Shown: positions 19,555 to 29,177 of the stretch, piece by piece
Layout of the letters: the number at the start of each line of letters is the position of its first letter
How positions within the stretch are numbered: the stretch's first letter is position 1
Assembly (NCBI GenBank): GCA_964549165.1
Contig: CAZJUH010000001.1
Coordinates: forward strand, 863 to 64,862
Origin: an uncultured Gammaproteobacteria bacterium
GTDB taxonomy: Bacteria; Patescibacteriota; Microgenomatia; UBA12405
DNA length: 64,000 nt
Reading direction: 5' to 3'
Notes under the pieces: model-generated
What the model saw: the letters and a program-made list of their open reading frames with translations, nothing else
Database searches by the model: none
Told to the model about the DNA's origin: nothing
Position numbers and translations under genes: made by a program

Positions 19555-22479
19555 TTATTTTCCCATCTCTACCCCCATTTTAATATCCTTCTCCAATTTT
19601 TGATTAAAAAGCAGTTTCCCTCCTACGACGCTCGCCACCGGCTCCACCGCGTTTATTTGCCAATTATTAGGTATAGAAATCAAACTCACCATGTTTGTTT
19701 CTCCGTAGCCACTCTGCTTTTGCACATAATTTAGATAAGAAAAGGTTGTTGTTTTACCCAAATCAATCACAGCGCTATATTTAACTTCAACTTCAATTTT
19801 CTTCCCAATGGGTACCATTACCAAAAAACCCACCTCCTTTTTGCTTCCATTCTGGCTAATTTTTAAATTTTCTCCACTAACTATGTTTTTTCCACTATTG
19901 CCACTCTCACTCCAATTTACTTCCTCCACCCGACTTTCTGCTGGTATGTAGACTCTTAGATAATTCTTATAATCACCCGCCGGCCAGTTGGTACTTTTGG
20001 AAGTGTTTTCGTAAACTATTTTCAGCTTATTTTTGATTGTCTTCTCTCCTATTTCTACCTCTCTTTCAATGTTTCGATACAAAAAATAATTTGCCTTATT
20101 TACCCCCATATTTGCCTCAACAAGATACAAATAATCGGCAAAACAACTAACTTGCTCTGAGCTTGTCGAAGAGCATTTTCCTTCATAAATTGACCCGTCC
20201 CACCCCGCCTCCGCCACTACCCTCGCCGCATTACTTTCATTAAAGCTTATTTGCACCTCGTTTCGATCTAAAAGTTCCACAATTGTCATCAGTAGCTTTT
20301 GCCCCACATTGCCTTCGGCCATTTTTATTTCTTCCATTAATTGTCTACTGACCCCGCCCAGAAAGCTCGCTTTTTGTCCCGAACCAGCAAAAAATTTATT
20401 ATCTGAATAAAACTCAGCCTGTTCATATAAGTTATTTTCGCTTACTTTTTCTTTAAAATCGGGCACAAATATTTCTCCCGTTACGCCGAGTACCGCCTTA
20501 ACCGACGCCAAATTTAAACCAATGACCCCATCCACCTTTCTTCCTGTTTCCTTGTCAAGAAACCACTGGACATCTCTAGAAACAAGGGGAAAACTAGCTT
20601 GCCAATTGGCGTCTCTCATATACCAGCCAGCCTCCCCGAGGTATTTTTTAATTTCTTCGGGTGGTTCCACGTGCCCCCTCAGTTGTCCGTCTGCTTCATA
20701 AATATCGCTAATTTGGAAATTTAAAAACCGTCCACTCTCAAAAGCCAAAATCGCAAAAGAACCAATAAAACCACCCGAGGGTCTAATTTCGTTTTCGTTT
20801 TGTAAAAGCACCATATATTCTCTTCTTTTACCGTCAAGACCAATCATTTCCGGTAGTATTTGGAGTATTTCGTTCATTTTTTCCACTGTTTTTCTTTGAG
20901 TTTCCAGTTTTATCTTTATTTTATTAAGATCTGTTCTAAATCGACTTGGCAGCCAGTCCCATTGTCCCGACAATCTACCTTGCAAAATTCCCATTTTTGA
21001 AATAATCGTTTCCGTTCTTTTTGCCATCTCCGAAAGCTCATTTTCCATTTCAACTTCCCCTTCACCAAAAAGGCCTTTACTAATTTTCTCTCCACTTTTC
21101 ACAAGAGCCAGATTTAACTTTAGCAGATCTATTACTTCGCTCTCAATTCGTAAAAGACTTCCTATTTTTCCAACCTCAAAAATTGCCAAATTCTTTTCGT
21201 TGTTTGTTGCCAGAACTTCTATTTTCTTTTCCGCCTCACTATAATTATTTTCTTCAATGAGACTCTGAATTCTCAAGATATTTTTTGGAATCGTCGCTAA
21301 TTTTACAATATTTACCAGTAGTACGACAAAAATCATCAATAAAACTCCAGCTACCACCCACCCCCACCATTTATTATTCTTTATTGTTTTTTCTTTAGTT
21401 TTTTGATTTTCTTCCTTTTTTACCAGGCGGGTGTCAACTTCGGTTGACATAATAGCCTGGCTTTCCTTTTCCTCCATCTTTCTCTCCGGTATCGGACTCG
21501 TTATAAAATTTTCAAATACAATTTCTTTTTCTTCCTTCGCCTCGCCAAAGTCTTCGGCGAAGGCGGGTTTCTCTTCTTCTTCAATCTCTATCTCAATTTC
21601 TTCTTGTGTTTCCTCTTTAGGTTTTTCCGCCAAAGGCGGATCAGCCTCTGGCTGAAGATTTTTTTCTTCTATTTTTCCCTCTTCCTCCTCTATCTCCACC
21701 TCAAACCTTCTCTCTCTCTTTTCTTCTTCTATTTTTGGCCTAAAATCGCTATTTTTTACAACCGCTTTTTTTCTATTATCCGTATCCACCTTCGCTACAA
21801 AATACTGCACCGCCTCTTTTGCCCCTTGTTTAAAAGGTATTTCAGCCTGCCATCTCAACGCTTGCTGGCTTTCTTTAACCATTTTTTCTTTTTCGGAAGA
21901 CTCTTCATTTTTTGACGAAGCTTGAATTACTTTAGTTCTTGTCATCTTTGCCTCATCAATTAGCACCTCCGCCACTATTTTCGAATTCGTTTCTTTCCCC
22001 CCAATATAAAATATTTTTCCTATTGTTCCAGAGAAAAAACAAGATCTGAGTATTGCCTCAACAAAATCATCAACCATCAGAACCCGATAAAACTCCCCAA
22101 GGCTTGGTAAAACCAAGTTTTTGTTTTTGGCCGCCGTTAAAAAAGCCTGCCCCAAAAAGCCCTCTTCCCCCATTCCCTCCCCATACACATTTTCCCCCAC
22201 TACTATCCTCCAGTTCAATTTAGTTTCGATCAGTTTATTTTTCCACTCCTCAGCCCTATCTTCATTATCAGCTACTAAGACCAATTTTTGATTATTTTCT
22301 AGTCTCATCCACCCACTTTCTCTTCCCTCAAAATCAAAAATATAGGCTGCTTTTTTAGGTATTTCTTCAATATCTCCATCAATTATTTTTATTCCCTGTT
22401 CTTTGAGTTTAGAAACGAGTTTTACCGCTACGTAGTTATCTGTCCCAAAAATAATTGCCACCGAGGTTAAGACTTCCAT
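19555..22479 (-). CDS. Degenerate NAD-dependent epimerase-like domain + acidic linker + TM + DUF4012-like domain
   Basis: LLQNENEIRPSGGFIGS, WYMRDANW..SFP, NMGVNKAN, DYKNYLRVY. Confidence 0.7.
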   Translation of the reverse strand: MEVLTSVAIIFGTDNYVAVKLVSKLKEQGIKIIDGDIEEIPKKAAYIFDFEGRESGWMRLENNQKLVLVADNEDRAEEWKNKLIETKLNWRIVVGENVYGEGMGEEGFLGQAFLTAAKNKNLVLPSLGEFYRVLMVDDFVEAILRSCFFSGTIGKIFYIGGKETNSKIVAEVLIDEAKMTRTKVIQASSKNEESSEKEKMVKESQQALRWQAEIPFKQGAKEAVQYFVAKVDTDNRKKAVVKNSDFRPKIEEEKRERRFEVEIEEEEGKIEEKNLQPEADPPLAEKPKEETQEEIEIEIEEEEKPAFAEDFGEAKEEKEIVFENFITSPIPERKMEEKESQAIMSTEVDTRLVKKEENQKTKEKTIKNNKWWGWVVAGVLLMIFVVLLVNIVKLATIPKNILRIQSLIEENNYSEAEKKIEVLATNNEKNLAIFEVGKIGSLLRIESEVIDLLKLNLALVKSGEKISKGLFGEGEVEMENELSEMAKRTETIISKMGILQGRLSGQWDWLPSRFRTDLNKIKIKLETQRKTVEKMNEILQILPEMIGLDGKRREYMVLLQNENEIRPSGGFIGSFAILAFESGRFLNFQISDIYEADGQLRGHVEPPEEIKKYLGEAGWYMRDANWQASFPLVSRDVQWFLDKETGRKVDGVIGLNLASVKAVLGVTGEIFVPDFKEKVSENNLYEQAEFYSDNKFFAGSGQKASFLGGVSRQLMEEIKMAEGNVGQKLLMTIVELLDRNEVQISFNESNAARVVAEAGWDGSIYEGKCSSTSSEQVSCFADYLYLVEANMGVNKANYFLYRNIEREVEIGEKTIKNKLKIVYENTSKSTNWPAGDYKNYLRVYIPAESRVEEVNWSESGNSGKNIVSGENLKISQNGSKKEVGFLVMVPIGKKIEVEVKYSAVIDLGKTTTFSYLNYVQKQSGYGETNMVSLISIPNNWQINAVEPVASVVGGKLLFNQKLEKDIKMGVEMGK
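20152..20175. repeat. Mini hairpin element family E, in frame
   Basis: gctctgagcttgtcgaagagc; CSSTSSEQ. Confidence 0.55.
21418..21465. repeat. Hairpin element family G, in frame
   Basis: ccaggc..tgtcaac-ttcg-gttgaca..gcctgg; ESQAIMSTEVDTRLV. Confidence 0.85.
21534..21567. repeat. Hairpin element family C, in frame
   Basis: ccttcgcctcgccaaagtcttcggcgaaggcggg; PAFAEDFGEAK. Confidence 0.7.
21611..21662. repeat. Double-hairpin element family A, in frame
   Basis: tccgccaaaggcgga-tcagcctctggctga; NLQPEADPPLAEKPKE. Confidence 0.9.
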
Positions 22480-22636
22480 GCTTCTATTCTAAAGCATCTT
22501 TATCCTTGCGGTTATATTTCGGTTATTCTGCGGTTATTTTTCTACTAAATCTGTCATAACTTGTCATACACTCTCCACAAAACGTGAAAATCCGTCATTA
22601 TTCTAAATAGGGGAATATCTCAGAAAGTAGTAATTA

Positions 22637-23839
22637 TCAGCGCTTTTTAAGTCTCCAGCTCATTAGTCCCAGCGATATCGCTTCCGTCAATACCGTCACC
22701 GTTGCCGCCCCCATTATTCCATAGCGGGGAATAGCAATTAAATTGCCGGTCAGATTAAAAATCAAAACAATTAAACCCAGTCCCAGCATATCTTTCTGTC
22801 CCTCTTTAGAAATCAGGGTAAATCCCACCAAATGCCCCATATACGCAAAAAGTAAAGCCATAATTAATATTCTTAGTACCCCCACCGATGCCTCAAATTC
22901 GTTTCCAGCCAGTATCGACACTATTGTCGGTGCCATCAACCACACCCCAATTATTATTGCTATCGAAGCCAGTATCAGTATTCCCATCGATAAACTAAAT
23001 ATTTTTTTATTATTATCTTTTTTTGATGATAATATCGGAAAAATACCATTTACCAAAAAATAGGCCGGCTGAATTAAGACACCGTAGATTTTATAGGCGA
23101 GGCCGTACCAGGCTACCTCTCTGGCACCAAAATATCTTTGAATCATCAAGCTGTCGACTGCTCGATCGTAGGCTGAAAATATCAACAAATAGACCCCCAT
23201 CGGCCAGCTTATTTTAAGCAGTTTACTAATTAGTTTCTTATCTATGAGTCGAAAATTAATCGTTCCTCGACCGAGCCACCAGCCCCAGGCCAGGGTAACG
23301 ATTCTCGCCAGCAAATAAGTTCCAAATACCCATTTTAAACTTATATTTCCTCCAAAAAACCACAGACAAAGCAAAAATATCGTGGGGAACATTACCTCAA
23401 CAAGGACCTTTATTTCCATTCGAATTCGTGTTTGCCAAACAATTCCAAGACTACCTACCAGGGAGGTAAACAAAATCATTACCCAGGCCAATATCGCTTC
23501 CACTCGAATTTCTCTAAAATCATTCCAGGAAAAAATAAAAATTATCCCAAGCGTCAGGCTAAATCCCGCCATTATCAGTCTTGAAACCATCGTATTAGAC
23601 CACACTTTAATTTGTTTTTCGCCTTCTTCTCTAGAGGCCTCCCTCACTCCTATAATTGAAGTTCCAAAATCGGCGAGGCTATCAAAAAAGATTAAAATCG
23701 AAGTAATAAAAATATATTGCCCGTAAACCTCAATTCCCAGCTTTCGAGTTAGAATTCCCGTTGTTATCAAAGACATCAGGACCGTGATTGCCTTTCCTAA
23801 AATTTGCACTCCAGTATTAACCGCCAGCCTCTTAAACAT
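22637..23839 (-). CDS. Wzx-type polysaccharide flippase
   Basis: TRKLG.EVYGQY, DFG..IIGVRE, GLAYKIY, NLIAIPRYGIMGAA; ~12 TM. Confidence 0.85.
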   Translation of the reverse strand: MFKRLAVNTGVQILGKAITVLMSLITTGILTRKLGIEVYGQYIFITSILIFFDSLADFGTSIIGVREASREEGEKQIKVWSNTMVSRLIMAGFSLTLGIIFIFSWNDFREIRVEAILAWVMILFTSLVGSLGIVWQTRIRMEIKVLVEVMFPTIFLLCLWFFGGNISLKWVFGTYLLARIVTLAWGWWLGRGTINFRLIDKKLISKLLKISWPMGVYLLIFSAYDRAVDSLMIQRYFGAREVAWYGLAYKIYGVLIQPAYFLVNGIFPILSSKKDNNKKIFSLSMGILILASIAIIIGVWLMAPTIVSILAGNEFEASVGVLRILIMALLFAYMGHLVGFTLISKEGQKDMLGLGLIVLIFNLTGNLIAIPRYGIMGAATVTVLTEAISLGLMSWRLKKR

Positions 23840-23853
23840 TATTTGATTTTACC

Positions 23854-25263
23854 TTAAATGAGCCCTAGTATTATCACCAAAAGCCAAGTGTTTTGGGGGA
23901 GTGTTAGCCAGTAATGATCAAAAAATCCCGTTATCCCTACAATCACCCAGATCCACCAAAATCTATTTTTTGATAATTTTATAATTGTAGATTGTAGATT
24001 GTAGATTATTATTGCTATCCCTAGTATCCCTATTTCACTCCAGGCGAGCAATAGAATATTGTGCACCGGCTGCATCCAGTAAAAATTACCCACTTTATAT
24101 TTCGGTAAATTAACCACAAAATTCCCGGCTCCCACTCCAAAAAGTGGATTTCTTTTTATCATTTTTATCGCCGATACCGCCAGCACTTCTCTTTTTTCAA
24201 TACTATTTGTATCCCAGCCGCCTACAAAATCGCTAATTCGATAATTAACGCTAATTACCCCCAAAATTATCAAAACAACCCCTATTCCTAACAGCAATCT
24301 TCCTATCAACAACCTGTACGGAACATCTAATGGTTTGTACGGAACATCTAATGGTTTGTACGGAACAGTCGCGACTGTTCCCTTCATTTTGATTTTTTTA
24401 TCTTTTAGGATTTCTTCAACTATCAGCATCCCTACCGTCAACACCCATACCACCCTACTTCCCGACAGGACAATTCCCATCATCGCACTCCAGTTTACTA
24501 TCCAGTAAAATATTCTATTAAAATACCCCTGTCCGCCATAACTGCGAAGCTGTTGGCGGAACCACCACCACGCCAGCAGTAAAAATCCGGCCAGGGAGTT
24601 TGGGTGGGAAAAAGTCCCGTAAACTCTTATCCACGCCTGATCAAAAACCCTGAATTGAGCTATCCCAATTCCCCCATAAGTGAATCTTCTCTCTCCAAGC
24701 CACCACCAAATTCCATTTAAGCTTCCACCTTTTACAACCTGGGCCAAACCCAAAAAAGCCTCTATTATAATCCACCAAGGGACTATCTTCATTAAATAGT
24801 TAATAATTTCATTTTTATTTTTACCAAGCAGTTTAATCGTCAACCCCCACTGACCAATCCGAAACCATCTGTAAAGTGCCACCCATTTCGCCGTCGCCAA
24901 AATTATATTTATTCCCACAAACATGGTCAGTATTAAGTTTTTGAAATTTAAAATATTTTGGATTTTTAATTTTTTATTCTTAATTGAATACTGTAGATTG
25001 AAGATTGAAGATTGTCGATTGAAGATTGATGATTTATTTATTACCCACAAAAGCCACATCAAATCCGTTAAGTAAAAAATTATTGACAAATAGTCAATTC
25101 TGATTCCTACCACACTACTTTCTTCCAGCCAAAAATGTCTCCCCAGTTGTGTTGGAATCAACAATAACCAAATTAACAGAAAGATATTTTCGATTTTAGT
25201 CTTTTTTTTCTTTTTATTGAAAATTGAAGATTGTCGATTGAAGATTTGTTTAATTCTCTCCAC
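23854..25263 (-). CDS. O-antigen ligase/polymerase family membrane protein
   Basis: RVYGTFSHPNSLAG, SGSR, NPLFGVGAGNF, PVHNILL. Confidence 0.85.
   Translation of the reverse strand: MERIKQIFNRQSSIFNKKKKKTKIENIFLLIWLLLIPTQLGRHFWLEESSVVGIRIDYLSIIFYLTDLMWLLWVINKSSIFNRQSSIFNLQYSIKNKKLKIQNILNFKNLILTMFVGINIILATAKWVALYRWFRIGQWGLTIKLLGKNKNEIINYLMKIVPWWIIIEAFLGLAQVVKGGSLNGIWWWLGERRFTYGGIGIAQFRVFDQAWIRVYGTFSHPNSLAGFLLLAWWWFRQQLRSYGGQGYFNRIFYWIVNWSAMMGIVLSGSRVVWVLTVGMLIVEEILKDKKIKMKGTVATVPYKPLDVPYKPLDVPYRLLIGRLLLGIGVVLIILGVISVNYRISDFVGGWDTNSIEKREVLAVSAIKMIKRNPLFGVGAGNFVVNLPKYKVGNFYWMQPVHNILLLAWSEIGILGIAIIIYNLQSTIIKLSKNRFWWIWVIVGITGFFDHYWLTLPQNTWLLVIILGLI
24315..24383. repeat. 21-nt tandem repeat x2.5 ending in perfect 20-bp REP-like palindrome, in frame
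   Basis: tgtacggaacatctaatggtt x2 + ggaacagtcgcgactgttcc; GTVATVPYKPLDVPYKPLDVPY. Confidence 0.85.
24526..24560. repeat. Hairpin element (family A/C-like), in frame
   Basis: cccctgtccgccataactgcgaagctgttggcgga; FRQQLRSYGGQG. Confidence 0.7.
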
Positions 25264-25285
25264 GCCCTATCCTAACACATTTTGT

Positions 25286-25336
25286 TCTCTTTGGGCTTTT
25301 CCGCCAAAGGCGGATCAGCCTCTGGCTGAAGATTTT
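25286..25336. repeat. Double-hairpin element family A, intergenic
   Basis: Core identical to 21626-21661. Confidence 0.9.
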
Positions 25337-25345
25337 AGACTTTTT

Positions 25346-25813
25346 TTATTTTTTCCTTATCACAATATGCCTCTCTTCTCCCTCACCTTCCGAATCACTG
25401 GTAATTCCCCCGATTTCTGTTAGTATCATATGGCAAATTCTTCTTTCATAAGAACTCATGTTTGAGAGGTGTCTTTCTTCTCCTGTTTCTATTGTCTTAT
25501 TCGCCAGTTCTCTGGCCATGCTTTCCAGTCTTTCTTTCTGTTCTCCTCGGTAATTGTTTATATCGAGAAGTACTCTGACCCACTCTCCTAACTCTTTTTT
25601 AACCATCAAAGACAAGATAAGTTGCAAGGCCGCCATATTTCTCCCCCTAAAACCAATTAATCCGCCTGGTTTATTAACAATTACGCTCACGAGTACCTGT
25701 CCTTCTTCACCGACGACATCTTCGACAAAGGCGTTATCGACCTCATAATTGATTTTTAACAGCAATTCGCAGGTCAGATTTAATATAATTTCGTTTCTTT
25801 TTTTATTATCCAT
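25346..25813 (-). CDS. jag: Jag/KhpB KH + R3H RNA-binding protein (start 25813 or 25822)
   Basis: LIGFRG.NM.ALQ KH motif, ERRICH R3H motif, position after yidC. Confidence 0.9.
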   Translation of the reverse strand: MDNKKRNEIILNLTCELLLKINYEVDNAFVEDVVGEEGQVLVSVIVNKPGGLIGFRGRNMAALQLILSLMVKKELGEWVRVLLDINNYRGEQKERLESMARELANKTIETGEERHLSNMSSYERRICHMILTEIGGITSDSEGEGEERHIVIRKK

Positions 25814-25841
25814 GGTGGCCATTTTATCACAACTTTTATCA

Positions 25842-26651
25842 CTATTTTCTGTCAATTTTAGTCATTAACATCTGCTGTCCCACCATTACCGCACTGTTCA
25901 CAAACCAGTAAAGCAGTATCCCAATTGAAAAATTAAAACCGATAAAAATTGTCATCAGTGGCATCATATAAGTTGACTGAGTTCTCATCGCCGCCATCAT
26001 CTCGTCTTCCTTACCCGGAGTTGCTTTTGTATATGCCGTATCGTCAACTGCAGGTAAACCTTTCCGAAGCTCCTTCGGAGCGGAGGAGGGCATCATTTTT
26101 TTAGCGCTCCAAAACTGAAGTAAGCCCGATCCTAGCAGTAAAAACAAAGGCAAAACTAAACTATAGTTTAGTCCACTCCCTATAGCCTTGGCAGGAGTCG
26201 TCGACAAATTGGTTCCGAGAAAGGTATCTTTAAACTTAAAGTTTTCACTGGTTTTAAAATTTTGAATTAGTTGCTGATTCACTGTTTCTCTGGTAATTTT
26301 TCCCTCAGCAAAGCCAGACACCATATTAAAAGCTGAAAAGAAAATCATTAGTACTGCAATTTGCAAAATATTTGGTAGACACCCAGACAGGGGATTAACT
26401 CCTTCTTGTTTATAAAATTCCATTTGAGCTTTAGCCAGACCCTCTTTGTCTTTTCCATATTTTTCTTGTAATTTTTTCAGTTTTGGCTGTAGCTCCTGCA
26501 TTTTTTTAGCAGACTTCAAGCTCGGCAACACCAGGGGTATTAAAATTAGTCTAATAATTACTGTTACCGCAATAATCGACCATCCTAGGTTCCCAAATAA
26601 ATAATAAAAACCAAAAAGAGCGTTAACAAAAGGCGCGGTAAATATGTTCAT
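25842..26651 (-). CDS. yidC: Membrane protein insertase YidC
   Basis: LGWSII.VTVIIR, MQELQPKLKKLQEKY, NPLSGCLP, GILLYW. Confidence 0.95.
   Translation of the reverse strand: MNIFTAPFVNALFGFYYLFGNLGWSIIAVTVIIRLILIPLVLPSLKSAKKMQELQPKLKKLQEKYGKDKEGLAKAQMEFYKQEGVNPLSGCLPNILQIAVLMIFFSAFNMVSGFAEGKITRETVNQQLIQNFKTSENFKFKDTFLGTNLSTTPAKAIGSGLNYSLVLPLFLLLGSGLLQFWSAKKMMPSSAPKELRKGLPAVDDTAYTKATPGKEDEMMAAMRTQSTYMMPLMTIFIGFNFSIGILLYWFVNSAVMVGQQMLMTKIDRK
26050..26090. repeat. Hairpin element family C, in frame in yidC
   Basis: cctttccgaagctccttcggagcggaggaggg; PSSAPKELRKGLPA. Confidence 0.75.
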
Positions 26652-26656
26652 GGCTT

Positions 26657-26863
26657 CTATTCTATCAAATCCACCCCACCTCTACCACAAGGATTACATC
26701 GGCCAATTCTTTTTATTCCGAGCCACAAACCCTTTGTCACTCCATATTTTTCCACTGCCTGGTAAGTATACTGGCTACAAGTAGGGATAAAACGACAATT
26801 TTCCCCCTTAGATAAGTATTTTTTATAAAATACTAATAATTTTAAAATAATTTTTTTAAACAC
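26657..26863 (-). CDS. yidD: Membrane protein insertion efficiency factor YidD
   Basis: [20 protein letters not shown]. Confidence 0.95.
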   Translation of the reverse strand: MFKKIILKLLVFYKKYLSKGENCRFIPTCSQYTYQAVEKYGVTKGLWLGIKRIGRCNPCGRGGVDLIE

Positions 26864-27159
26864 TCTTCTACTTCTCCTTCTTTTTTATTTAAAATATTTT
26901 TCTTCACCAAAAATATTCCCCGAAAACCTTCTGGAAAAATTTCCATATTCAATCTCACCGCCTCCATTAATCTTCTTTTTATTTGGTTTCTTTCCACCGC
27001 CTTTTTTGAAATCTTCTTGGAAATAATGGCACCAAATGCTTTATTTTCTGTTTTTTTGATCCACACTACCGCAAACAATTCCGTCGCCTTCAATTCTCCT
27101 TTATTTTTTATCTCCTGAAACTCAGCCTTACTCGTAATTCTGTTTATTTTTTTCAGCAC
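26842..27159 (-). CDS. rnpA: Ribonuclease P protein component
   Basis: [19 protein letters not shown] motif, synteny. Confidence 0.93.
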   Translation of the reverse strand: MLKKINRITSKAEFQEIKNKGELKATELFAVVWIKKTENKAFGAIISKKISKKAVERNQIKRRLMEAVRLNMEIFPEGFRGIFLVKKNILNKKEGEVEECLKKLF

Positions 27160-27183
27160 ACTCTATTATCCCACACCAAACGT

Positions 27184-27324
27184 TTAGACTGTTAATTTTT
27201 TTCTACCCTTAGTTCTTCTCTTTTTAATTATCTTTCGACCATTGGCCGTTTCCATTCTTTTTAAAAAACCATGAACTTTGGCTCTTTTTTTCTTTTTTGG
27301 TTGAAATGTCCCTTTTTGTTTCAT
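27184..27324 (-). CDS. rpmH: 50S ribosomal protein L34 (not in ORF track)
   Basis: Manual translation [46 protein letters not shown]. Confidence 0.97.
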   Translation of the reverse strand: MKQKGTFQPKKKKRAKVHGFLKRMETANGRKIIKKRRTKGRKKLTV

Positions 27325-27407
27325 GCGGTAATTCTACCATCTTTTCTCTTATTTTAGATTTTAGAATTTAGATTTTTTCACTTTCTTCAATTTGACCTCT
27401 TTTCAAA

Positions 27408-27439
27408 TGTGGAAAACTACTTTATGATGATGTGGATAA
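27408..27439. promoter_or_regulatory. DnaA boxes upstream of dnaA
   Basis: TGTGGAAAA (27408) and perfect TGTGGATAA (27431). Confidence 0.8.
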
Positions 27440-27530
27440 CCCAAAAGGATCTCTTGCCTCGAGACCATTTTTTTACCTGTTTTTAGTTATTTTTTGCTTT
27501 TAGTCTTTAGTCTTTAGACTTTTTTCTATT

Positions 27531-28895
27531 ATGGATCTTGATCAACTTTGGAAAAATACTCAAGAGGAACTTCGTGTTGTTCTCGCTCCTGCCGTCTATC
27601 AAACCTTTGTTGTCAAAACCCAGCTTATTTCTCTTCAAAACTCTGAAGCTACTATTGCCTGTTCTAATGCTTATCTTTGTGATTTAAACCAAAAGCGTTA
27701 TTATCCGCTTTTTAAAAACGCCTTTGATAATCAAACCAAAAAAAATAATAGTCTTAAGTTTATTGTTCAGGAAATAATTAAGAGCGATGAAAACAATAAT
27801 CTCGCTTCTTCACCTCTTTTTTCTTATCAGCCCAAAAGCTCCGCCGCCCATTTTACTCAGGCTGGGCTTCACCCAAACTACACTTTCGATCATCTCATTG
27901 TTGGCAATAGCAATAATTTTGCTTATGCCGCCGCCCAAGGGATTATCAAAAACCCCGGTCTTTCCTACAATCCATTTTTTCTTTGGGGTGGAGTCGGAGT
28001 CGGCAAAACCCATTTAATGCAAGCCATTGGCCACGAACTCCTCAAAAACAAACCTGATTTAAAAATTAAATATTTCCCTGCTGAAACTTTTGGTAATGAA
28101 CTCATCAACGCCCTAAAAACCAAGGCCATTAATCAGTTTAAAAATAAATATCGCCAGCTTGATTGTATTTTAGTTGACGATATTCAGTTTTTAGCCGGCA
28201 AAGAATATATTCAGGAAGAGTTTTTTCATACCTTCAACTCCCTTCATTTAGCAGGCAAGCAGATTGTCCTTACTTCTGACCGTAAACCCGGCGATATCAA
28301 AGAGCTTGAAGACCGTCTTGTTTCCCGTTTTATGGGTGGACTCACTGTCGACATTCAACCTCCAGACCTAGAAATGCGTAGCGCCATTATTCAGCAAAAA
28401 GCCCAAAATAAAGGCATCGACCTCACTTTTGAAGCGGTTCAGTATCTCGCCGACAATATTCAGTCAAACATCCGAGATATTGAGGGTAAAATTCAAGAAA
28501 TTGCTGTTGTTTCCTTAGCTCAAAATCACAAACTGGTTGATATTGATTTGGTTCAAAACTATTTCTCTTCTCAAAACGGTTCTCTCAGCTCCACTTTTTC
28601 TTCCTCCTCTCCCAGGCTCAACGCCAGACATCTCCTTTCGGTTTGTGCTAAATATTTTAACCTAAAAACTGGTGATCTCTGTGGATCTTCCCGCAAAAAA
28701 GAATTGGTTATCGCTCGCCATATTACCGCCCATTTACTCTTAACTGAAATTAAACTACCTCTTAAAGAGGTAGGGGAACTACTTGGTGGTCGTGATCACA
28801 CCAGCATTATGCATGCCAGAGACAAGATTGCCGCTGATCTTCTTACTTCTCCACCATTAAAAGAAGTTATCAACCAAATAAAAAAATCTCTCTAA
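27531..28895 (+). CDS. dnaA: Chromosomal replication initiator DnaA
   Basis: YNPFFLWGGVGVGKTHL, DDIQF, QEEFFHTFN, GGRDHTS. Confidence 0.98.
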   Translation: MDLDQLWKNTQEELRVVLAPAVYQTFVVKTQLISLQNSEATIACSNAYLCDLNQKRYYPLFKNAFDNQTKKNNSLKFIVQEIIKSDENNNLASSPLFSYQPKSSAAHFTQAGLHPNYTFDHLIVGNSNNFAYAAAQGIIKNPGLSYNPFFLWGGVGVGKTHLMQAIGHELLKNKPDLKIKYFPAETFGNELINALKTKAINQFKNKYRQLDCILVDDIQFLAGKEYIQEEFFHTFNSLHLAGKQIVLTSDRKPGDIKELEDRLVSRFMGGLTVDIQPPDLEMRSAIIQQKAQNKGIDLTFEAVQYLADNIQSNIRDIEGKIQEIAVVSLAQNHKLVDIDLVQNYFSSQNGSLSSTFSSSSPRLNARHLLSVCAKYFNLKTGDLCGSSRKKELVIARHITAHLLLTEIKLPLKEVGELLGGRDHTSIMHARDKIAADLLTSPPLKEVINQIKKSL

Positions 28896-28897
28896 AC

Positions 28898-29100
28898 TTA
28901 TCCACATTTTTAAGGAGATTATCCACCTACTTATTCACTTATTTTACTGATTTTTTCCACCGAAACTTTCCCAAATCCCACTCGCTTACTATAAGCCAAA
29001 AAATATTTAATCAAAACCAATTTTAGGTTAAATTCAACTTACAAACACTAATTTATTAAAAAATATTTGGATTTTTAGGCTTTAGGTTTTAGATTTTTTC
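28898..29100. promoter_or_regulatory. DnaA-box cluster and AT-rich tract (candidate oriC)
   Basis: TTATCCACA 28898, TTATCCACC 28919, TTATTCACT 28931, TTTTCCACC 28953; AT-rich 28995-29070. Confidence 0.65.
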
Positions 29101-29177
29101 TCTTTCTCCACTTTTCCCCCAGCCCTATTAACAATACTACTATTTTCTAAACCCCCTATCTGTTAATATATAGGTCA

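Noticed and set aside
24315-24383. Direct repeats as a possible CRISPR array
   Set aside because: Head-to-tail 21-nt units with no spacers, in frame within a gene, no cas genes
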